Origin: Eledone cirrhosa
Taxonomy: Eukaryota
Direction: 5' to 3'
Length of the DNA: 64,000 nucleotides
Assembly (NCBI GenBank): GCA_964016885.1
Contig: OZ024745.1
Coordinates: 54,808,001-54,872,000 of the forward strand
Numbering within the stretch: the first letter of the stretch is position 1; the number at the start of each line of letters is the position of its first letter. Positions 53,877-64,000 of the stretch are shown in pieces. The position numbers were made by a program, and so were the translations under genes. The notes under the pieces are model-generated. The model saw nothing but the letters and a program-made list of their open reading frames with translations. It was not told the origin of the DNA and did not search any database.

Positions 53877-54606
53877 GCATATGCACGTGTTGAAAAACTT
53901 GCCTGTATTTAGGATGACGCCTTCTATTACATTTTATTTGTGCAGAAAAAATCTTTCTTGAACCCTGCTTCGTTACATTTTTATTTTAAAATCATTTTTT
54001 GCTTCTAAACTGATTAATTCGTTTAGTTTCATGCTTTGTTTTATTTCTCAAGATTATATTATATTTTATTCTTAATCAAATAAGACATTATCAGATATCT
54101 TATCACCATATCCAATAGTGAAAGCAAAATAGAACAATATACTTAAATTGCTTTATATATCATATATTAAAATCTAAAATATTACATAAAAGAATCTCCA
54201 AAATATTACCGTAGAAAATTATATATATGTTCACTGACCGAATGAATGTCATCTTGAAATTTCAAACTTAACTTTTGTAATGTAAAATAGTAACAATAGT
54301 ATGAATAAATCAATGTGCTTTGTATTAAATGACCTAGAAATATTGATTATTCTTGGGTCATATGAGATAACATCTGCCTAAAATTGAAATGAATACTACT
54401 TCCAAAATTCTATAAATTTTGTTATTTCATATCCCCGAGTTAGTAAAATAAACGTATATATATATATATCCTGACTCTTTTCATAAATATATATGTATAT
54501 ATATACACTCTCATACGCATGTAATGAAATAAATATATATGCAGACATGTGTACTGTTTAGAATATATTATAATATGGAAATATGCTATATCATGCCAAA
54601 AGGGTA

Positions 54607-54644
<38 letters not shown>

Positions 54645-55456
54645 GTGTGTGTGTGTTTGTGTGTGTGGTTGTGCATGTATACATATATGTATACAAAAAT
54701 AGAGTAAGCGAGAGGGAAAGAAAGGAGTATGATAATTATTCGCATACATATTTTGTGAATGCTTATGTATCATAGACATATAATAGACATGAGATCACAC
54801 ACGCACACACACACACACACAACACACACACACACACACATATATGTATATATATATATGTATATGTATGTATGTATGTATTTGTATGTGTGCATGCGTG
54901 TGTGTATTTGCGCGTGTGTGTGTGTGTGCATTTCAAATGGTGGTTGGTTGAATGAGTATGTTACTTATATTCCATTTAGTCACACAAAGACCTACTTTTT
55001 TTTCTATTCCCCCCCACCTATCCCTATCCTCAACGAAGTTTAAAAAAGCATGGTATCCCATCCTTGCATTAACATTCTCTTACATGCAGGGTTTTGTAAA
55101 CTAGATATTCATTCAGGAATGGAACCAAAATCTTGGTCACGATTTTCTAAAATCTCTATATGTGTTACATTCTTTTATCGCTATTTTCATATTTCGTAAC
55201 TCTTTTGGTTTGTGTTCATTTTACATTACGACTTTTACATTATTTATTCATTTCAATCACCATAACATAACTTTTCCCCTTTTTACAGATTTATATTCTG
55301 ATACAATTCATAAACAATTTTTTTGCGTCCATTTTTACTTAAGAATTTAAAGCGGCATTATATGAATATCAGATAGTAATATAAACGATACCTACAGGTA
55401 TTCGTGTTCATGTAAAATTTAAAAGATATATATTTATTCATTTATATGATTGTCGT

Positions 55457-55563
<107 letters not shown>

Positions 55564-56199
55564 ATATAGATGTCCATGCGTACGCACTTACACAAAAAAA
55601 AAAAATATATATATATATATATATTTATATATACATCTATGGCGTCGTGTGTTTGATTGTGTGCGTGTGTCTTGTTCTATGTGAGAATGTCTATGTCTTC
55701 CCGCTACTTATAATACATCCCTGAATCTACATGGTAGATATTATTTCTATGACCTTAAGAACTATGGAGTATATACGGATAAAAAAAAAGGAGATTTAAT
55801 CTTTTCAGGTATGTAAGTCATGCAAATTTAATGTTAACGATAGTAGTCGATCTTCTACTTATTCTCGGCACCGTCATCATATTTTTCACTTTCTTATTCT
55901 TATTGTTATTTATAATATTATCATTATTTTTTGAAAAAGACTTATCCGTGTTTTTTTTTTCTTCTATTGGCGAATTTTATAATACTGTCATCATTTGCTT
56001 CTCGTAATATGAATATTGCATAATAGGTTATACTAAAAATACTGGTTAACATATATAGGTATACATAATATTCCATGAAAAAGTGTAATACACTCACATA
56101 CACAAACATATACGGGTACCTGCATATATATACATTATATAAATATATACATACATATGCATACATATATAACTATATATAAAGACACGCATGAATATG

Positions 56200-56592
<393 letters not shown>

Positions 56593-57489
56593 AATCGATT
56601 TAGAAATATAGAGATTAAAAAAAGAATCTGATTCGTTTCTAATAACTATATAATACATAATGTTCTGGACTAAAACTTCACGAAGTCCATAGATTCATAT
56701 CATCGGCCAGTTATCTTTATAGTCTAAATAACACTAATGGCGTAAAGTTATCTTAGACTACCAGGGTTCAACTCACACGTGTACTGTCGAGTTTATACAT
56801 TCTTTTGTTTATATATATACTTAGATATATTGGCTTTGTATTGTTGATTTTAATTTTTGTAGTTGTGTATTCTCCGACAAGGCACCTGCGAAGGCAGCAG
56901 GCATCTTCTTCGATGCTCTGTCTGAGGTGCTGTTTCATCGACCTCTACCCCTTCGGAAACCTGATCTCTTGATACACTTTCTCAGACAATTTTTCGTTTT
57001 GTCTCCTTGGTATGGCAAATCAATATATACCCAGATATTGTATATTTATCTTTTCGTGTCTTTATCTACTTTTCTTTCTTTTTGTTGGTGTTGTTGTGTC
57101 TTTTGTCGTTGTTGTTGATCTGCGAGTGGTTGCAGTTGCTATTAGGACTAAGGGTGGTGTTTCATGTCGGCGTGTCAAGCATGTGACTGTGTTTCAGTTC
57201 AACTCGTATACTTTCGACAACGTTTTTAACAAAGCGTCGTTCATAGTATAACTTTAGCAGCAACTTCCAAAACTTGTTTATCACGGATATGTTTTGGGTC
57301 ACCTCGACGCATTTGCCCCTGGGGCGTACAATGTCTTTCCTGGTCACGTGGTGTCTTAGGCTTTATAGATATGTTGGGTAGATATAACATTAATAAATAC
57401 AATATTGAATTATTAACTAAATAAATTATTGAACGCGGTATTACCTAACAAAAAATCTAAATGAATAAATATAACATAAATTATAATAT

Positions 57490-57670
57490 AATTGTTTCTA
57501 ATTTTGGCACAAGGCCAGCAATTATATCAGTGCATTACTGGAACATTATTTCATCGACCCCATAAGGATGAAAGGCAAAGTTAATCTCGGCGGGATTTGA
57601 AATCACAGTGTAAAGGGACATAACTCTATGTTGGAAAGCATGGTGTCCAATCATCTACCGATACTGCCTT
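57490..57670 (-). mobile_element. tRNA-derived MetaSINE-core SINE
   Basis: Reverse complement of the 22.4-kb copy: GGCACAAGGCCAGCAATT...TCGACCCCATAAGGATGAAAGGCAAAG...GGCGGGATTTGAA...CTACCGATACTGCC. Confidence 0.88.
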
Positions 57671-58078
57671 TAAAACAGACTCTTATAAAAATCGTCGTGA
57701 ATCGACGAATCTGCTTAACAAATACACGTGCACCATGCAGAAGCAGTCGAATAGCCTTAACTTACACTGCTTCCACCAAACAGTCAGTCGCCTATACTTA
57801 ACAGACTTAATAAGCAAGCCGGCTGGCATAACTTACAAGATTCCAGCGCAACCTCATTGTGTTCAGAGAGTAGCCGCAAAACAACTATTCTAGACATATT
57901 ATATATACAGTTGTCCACCGGTATACGCGGGGGTCAGGTTCCTAGAGCACCCACGAAGAGTGAAAAACAGCGCATATTGAACGTGATCAATAAAAATAAC
58001 TATAAACGTCACATGCCGGGGGTACACTGTATACACACACACACAACCACACACACACACAACCACACACAAACACAA

Positions 58079-58162
<84 letters not shown>

Positions 58163-58397
58163 ATAAGGAAAATATGGTTTGAAAAATGCAATAGCTGACC
58201 TTTTAGTTATTTAGAATATTTCTTCTAGACCGTTCATTTTTGTTTATTGTAAATCGTTGGGTATCTTCTCTAATCCAATTAAATCCCATAAACATTATTC
58301 AAATATCTAATGAATTTTATATTGCGTATATTATTGACCAACATTTACTAAAGCACGAAATTATGAACGGTGTTTTAATATATATATTAAATATATA

Positions 58398-58433
<36 letters not shown>

Positions 58434-58469
58434 TATATATATATTTATATATACACTACCTACTACACA

Positions 58470-58539
<70 letters not shown>

Positions 58540-58679
58540 AAGTGGTGTAACTGGGAGGGGAGTTCGAAGAGAGCCATTGCCCTCCCCCCAATAATTATAA
58601 TTTTCTCCCCACACAACCAAAATACACCTCTTATTTGTATATGCGCTCTAATTTATGTAATTGTTATGTAGAGACAAAT

Positions 58680-59155
58680 GGGAGAGATGCACATTAATAA
58701 AAAGAGGGGAAGTATTTGGTGGTAATGAATAGAGTGAGGGAACTGATAGAGAGAGGTATTAATAGATATAGAGAGGGGGAGATTTTGTTAGTGATGAATA
58801 GAGTGTGAGGGAATGAGAGAGAGAGTGTTGTGTGGTATATATAGAGAGGGTTACTGAAAGAGAGTTTCCTGTAGTAGATATAGAGGTGGGGGGGCATATT
58901 TTTGGGTTAATTGATATAGAGAGAGTGTTGGGAGAGAGTTCCGTGTAATAGGTTAAGGGAGGGTGAGAGTTTTGCAGTTTTGGATACTGTGAGAGTTCAT
59001 GAGAAAGTGTATTGTATGGTAGATGTAGAGAGGTGGAGAGAATTGATATAGAGACAGGACTGGGAAAGAGTGTTGTATGGTAGATATAGAGAGAGGGAGA
59101 ATTGGCTAATGATGGATAGAGTGAGAGGGCATGAGAGAATGTTGTATGTTAGATA
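58680..59155. repeat. Degenerate G/A-rich tandem repeat next to the Tx1 3' end
   Basis: Recurrent units ATGAATAGAGTGAGGG and GAGAGTGTTGTATGGTAGATATAGAGAG. Confidence 0.6.
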
Positions 59156-59397
59156 TATATTTCTATTTATTTGCTACCAGGGCATCAAAGATTGGGACAA
59201 ATACAAAGGGGGAGTTTACATACATTTAAAAAGACGTGTAAAAAACATATAACAAATTAAATTTAACAATCGATGTCCTCAATAGGGAGGGGCGTTGACA
59301 TGGGTCGCACACACCCCCGAAAAAATGTGCAACCCTCCTCTTCAGGAGCACAAAGAACGGGTGCTTCCTTCCTCTTCTCATTCTTCTCCTCTCTCAC

Positions 59398-62300
59398 CTA
59401 CAGGCTGATATAGAGAGAAGGCCCATTCACTCGGGCCATTCTCGCTACTTTCACCCATCTTTCATAAAACTTTCTGGGGTAGAGCACCTCTCTCTCCATT
59501 CTGATCCTTCTTCTAAAGTGGTACTTGAAAAAAAAGACCAGTTGTTGGCCGGAGAGATAGGTGTCTGACCTCAGCCTTTTCAACCTTGTCCACCATACAA
59601 CTTCTTTCGCCATGGCTATCACACAGAGGAAAACCGCCTCTCCTTCGTTTTTGAAAGGGGGAGGCGGTTTGATTGTGACAATGTTCTCGGTGGTCAACCG
59701 GATTGGTCCCACCCGCAACAGTAGTCGTTCTAAATAGCCCCACAGGTCAGCAACGCCCGGGCAGTGTACGAATGCGTGTGCGACGGTTTCTTCGTCCCGC
59801 ACGCATCTTGGACAGATCTTCTTCGAGGGGTCCCTACCCGGGCGCCCGTGTCTGTAGAGCTTGTCCCGAACGGGTAGAGCTCCTCGGTAACATTGCCAAG
59901 CCAGGGACTTTTGGAAGTTGTCCATCGGTCCCGGGCCAAACGTCCTACCGAACAGACTGGCCAGCTCGTATTCCTCCATGCCCAGAGCCTCTCCGAGAGC
60001 GTCGTCGCACTTACTGCGCACCAACCCTCTATAGTATGTTGAGGTTGAGTCTCCACTGATTGCCGGATCCGCTTGCCAGAGGGCCGTGAGCGCTTGGGCA
60101 CATTCAATGTGCCAGTCGCCCACTTTTCTCGGTCTTTGCTTGACCCAGGATTGCAGCTCGGTGAGTGAGACGAGTCTCGGAAAGGTTCGCCTCACAGACA
60201 GGGCCCACACCGGCTGACCGGTGAGGAATACCTGGAGGTGCCGTAGCCTTAATGCGTGTCTACGCATCGTCCGCCACGGCATCCCCAGCCCTCCGTTGGA
60301 AGGGTGTTGACAGCAGATGGATCTTCACACCAAAGGAGCCCGCTTCTTCCAAAGAAATCGGAAGAGCGCGCGCTCCATTTTGGCGAGTGTTTTCTCTGGG
60401 CAAGGCACGACGGTCAAGCGGTAGTAGATGACGGACGCTATATAAGCGTTCGCCACCTCCGCTCGACCTTTCAGGGATAGTTTGCACTCGGCCCACTTCT
60501 GGGCGAGTGCAAACACCTTGCCCGTTACCTCGTCCCAGTTTTTCTCCACCTGGAGGTCCGGTCCGAACCAGACCCCGAGCAGCTTCACCGGTCCCTCCGT
60601 CCAGCGTCCGACGATGCCGTCGGAGGGCATCGTTTTGCCCCTCCACGTCCCGAGTTGCAAACCGACGGACTTGTCCCGGTTCAGCTTGGCTCCTGTGAAC
60701 CTTTCATATTCCTCCAGTAAGGTGCCGATCTGCCCGATTTCCGAGGCGCACGACACCATTACTGTCACGTCATCGGCGTAGGCCGACACCGCTTTCCGCA
60801 ATCCCGGTTCCAAGGGGATGCCCTGCAACAGCCCCAGCTTCCTCAGTAGTGGCTCGAGAGCCAGCACATACAGGAGGGAGGAGAGAGGGCATCCCTGTCG
60901 AATGGATCGCGTGATTTGGAACGGCTCCGAGAGGTAGCCGTTCACCTTGACCCTCGAGCAGGTGTTGCTGCTGTGCATTGCAGCAATCCAGCCCCTGAAA
61001 ACGGCTCCGAAGCCTGCCGCCACGAGCACCGCATCCAAGTACCGATGGTCAACCCTATCGAACGCTTTAGATTGATCCAAGTTGATCAGGGCCCCACCAA
61101 TGCCGGGTTCGTTCCCTACCCTCTCTATGATGTATCGCATGAGATGGAGGTTGTCGTGAATGGACCTGGATGGGATGGCGTATGTCTGCGCATCTCCCAC
61201 CAGGTTCCCGACGACATGCGCCAACCTCTTCGCTAACACCTTGGCCAAAATCTTTAACTCTGTGTTTAGCAGAGTTATGGGCCTGAAGTTATCTATGTCA
61301 TCCCCCTTGTTCTCGTCCTTCCTCACCAGCGTGACTACGCCCTTGGTCACAGAACTGTGAATTCTCCCGTTCTGTTGCCAGTTGCAGTAGACCGCCTCGA
61401 GGACACCGGAGAACAAACCCGGCATCGCTACATAAAGTTCGTATGGTAGACCATCGAGACCCGTAGATTTGCGTTTGCCGCATTGGCTCAGCGCTTCCCC
61501 TATTTCAGCGGCTGAAATCGGCCTCTCGCAGGACTTGGCCTCCCCGTCCGAGAGCCGCGCCAGACCGTCGAGGTATGGACCGAAATCCATGGCCCCACCC
61601 GGCCCGCCGCCCCTCCCGAACAGTCGTGCAAAGCGCCGTTGAAAGGCCGCGCTCATCCGCTCAGGTTCAAGGACCACGCGTCCATCCTGGTCCTTCAAAG
61701 ACCGAATCGTGGACTTGTTTCAACTTTTTGCCTCTGTCACTCGGGCCCAGCTAACAGCTTTGGCTCCCTCGTTACCCAGAGCACGTATTTTACTCCTGAC
61801 AACGCAGCCCTCGTGCTTCGCATCAAAGAACTGGTCTCGGGCCGTTCTTGACGCCAGCACGCCGGCCACGTTGCCACTCCTAATCGCCTCTTCTACTCTA
61901 TTTGTTAATTCCCTTTCAGTTCTATTCCTATCTGATGCTAATTCCCGACTAAAACCTATCGATTCTATTCTAATTTCTCTCTTGAGAGAGCCCCACCACC
62001 TGTTGTTGACAATTGCCCTCGTCAGACGCTGCTTAACTAGTGTGCTAATCCGCTTACTGTAAGCTTTGTTTGTCGGTAAAGACAAGTTCAGCTTCCAGTA
62101 ACCGGGTCCCTGTCTATGAGTTCTATCAAGGTTGACCACTCCGGTCAACAACTTGTGATCCGAATAGTCAACCATGAACATTCGTGGACAGCTTAATATG
62201 TCCCTATCCTTATTTTTAACTAGGAACCTATCTAGGTACGACCTGGATGTTCCACTGCGATTACTCCACGTCCACCGTGGCACAGTCGGAAAATCCAGTC

Positions 62301-62835
62301 GATATCTATCGGCCAGATCAAATCGGCCGATTAATCGTTTGAGGCTGTTACACCCCCCTCTATCGGGACATGCCCCTACATAGTCCCAACGTGCATCCAG
62401 GATACCATTCCAGTCCCCCACTAAAAGCAAGGAGCGAGACGTTCCCAGGAAATTCTCCAGGCGTCGGAAGAAGTCTGGTCGTGGTGTCCCCGATGGGGCA
62501 TACGCTGCCACAAGCCTGAAAGCTCCACCTTCACCTCTGCCGACGTCTAAAACCACCAGTCGACCCTCCGGGTCCAGGTGTACCTTCTGTGTGGCAAGAC
62601 CCAGGTATTTTCGCAGCAGAACGACAACCCCACCCCCACCCCTCGGCTGACAGAGAGATGCGTAGATCTCAAAGTCGTCGAAGATGGGGGCCAGTTGGCG
62701 CTCGCTGCTGATCCTGGACTCGCAAATAACCATTACATCCACTCTGTGCGACCTGAGGTCATTTAAGAGTTTGCCCTGTTTCCAGGACATCCCCAAGCCG
62801 CGTGCATTCACACATCCAACTCTTATATTGGCCAT
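59398..62835 (-). pseudogene. Tx1-like ORF2 (APE + RT + C-terminal Cys motif), two frameshifts
   Basis: Three consecutive ORFs: 62835-61720 (APE: NARGL, GDWN, SYLDR, SDHK), 61698-60325 (RT: QGCPLS, YADD), 60282-59398 (CPRC..EETVAHAFVHC). Confidence 0.93.
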
Positions 62836-62873
62836 GTTGGTGCTGAAGAGGTAAAAAGGAAGAGGAAAGGAAA

Positions 62874-64000
62874 TTACTTACCTCTTCTTCTCCTGGGGGC
62901 CAGGCTGCACAATTTCCATGGGGTGTTGGAAGGGTTGTTTGGTGGGGTGGTGGTTTGTAGTGGGGTGAGGACATCAGTGTGTGGTGGGATTAGGGTGTTT
63001 GGTGGGGTGTGGGTGTCTGTTGTGGGGGTGGGGAAACATCTCAATAGGACGCTGTTATGTGGTTTGGTGCAGTTGGTCCCCACATGCATTGGATGGTTCT
63101 TTTTCAAGGTTACATAGGTTTCCGTTGGGACCCTAATCATTATTAGGTGCGGTTTCTTCGCTGCGTAGGTGAAAGTGATCCCTTCGGTTTCCACCGAAGG
63201 GTTATTTTCTATCGCTTTCATCAGCGTTTTATTGTTCTTGTTAATGTATGTATAGAGTTTTTGTTGTGTTGTGTTTGTTTTTGTTTGTTGTTCTTGTGCG
63301 TGTTTGCGTTTTGTAGTACGTGTTATGTTTTGAGGAGGGTTGGGTTTTTTATTTATGATGTTTGTTCTGTTTGTGCTGGTGGCTGTGTGTTTGTGGCATT
63401 TTTGTTAATGTGGTGCCTTTTTTTTTTCCTTTTCACCTGTTGAAAGGGTTCTCCCTCGTCGTCACTGGGTGACGTTGATACGGAGTCCTCTTCCGTGTTG
63501 TTGGGCAGGGGTATATTTCGGGGTTTTGTTGTGGTTGCTTTTGTATTTGTTTTAGGTGGGGAGGGGTTGGGTGGAACAGTGTTTTGTGTTGTTATTTTTC
63601 CTTGTTGTTGTTGTTGTTGTTGTGGTGGTGGTGGTGGTGGTGGTTGTGTTGTGTTCGGGGTTGGCAGAAGAGCCTTTTTTTTTACTCGTTAATTGAGGAC
63701 AGGCATCCCTCAGGTGACCCCTGCTTAAGCAGTGTTAACATGATGGCCGCCTTCCCTCCACTGAATTGTTTATATAAGTTAGCCCGTCCAGAGGCACGCG
63801 TTGTGGGATATTCGCTATTCGTTCTGGGCTCATTTGCACCAGAACTTCTACGCTGGTCCCACCAAATACACCCCCGGAGGACTTTCCTATTGAAATTATC
63901 TTGTCTTCGTCAAAGTTAATTATTCCACATAGTATCCACCAAATATTTAGATTTGGTGTGATACTCATTATTTTTATTCTGTGTCCTTTTCCCCCTGTAT
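62874..64000 (-). pseudogene. Tx1-like ORF1 (partial, disrupted)
   Basis: GTSVEVLVQM...NSVEGRRPSC*HCLSRGHLRDACP aligns with GTSIEMLIE...SVEGKRPKCFRCGSKTHLKAFC of the 8.4-kb element; stop codon inside the knuckle. Confidence 0.75.

Larger units (their letters stand above)
59158..64000 (-). mobile_element. Young Tx1/L1-clade LINE, running off the window end
   Basis: ORF2 nearly intact; ORF1 remnant with VEGRRPSC*HCLSRGHLRDAC knuckle; 3' UTR with AATAAA near 59165. Confidence 0.93.

Overview
AT-rich, microsatellite-laden animal genomic DNA with no prokaryotic features. The tRNA-derived MetaSINE-core SINEs and Tx1/L1-clade LINEs suggest a cephalopod, probably Octopus (inference). The window is mostly transposon debris: two near-full-length Tx1-like LINEs (about 8.4-14.0 kb +, 59.2-64 kb -), a third decayed and interrupted copy (22.9-28.2 kb), RTE, R4/Dong and CRE fragments, a ~900-bp mariner derivative, a non-autonomous Helitron and several SINEs. 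At most two small candidate host exons lie near 15.3-16.0 kb. The main unexplained signal, read by eye, is a set of type I hammerhead ribozyme (HHR) motifs from about six unrelated small non-coding elements, each sitting in or next to (TA)n tracts. Three cluster within 2 kb at 43.3-45.3 kb: a 575-bp palindrome with an HHR in each arm, a 477-nt retrozyme-like unit with 126-bp direct repeats and a canonical HHR, and an extended HHR with the compensatory U3-A8 core. Others lie at 2.8/3.5, 20.0/46.9 and 21.3 kb, several with U4C or U4A core variants. The window also contains many foldback inversions centred on (TA)n. All folds are manual base-pair assignments; no search or folding program was run.
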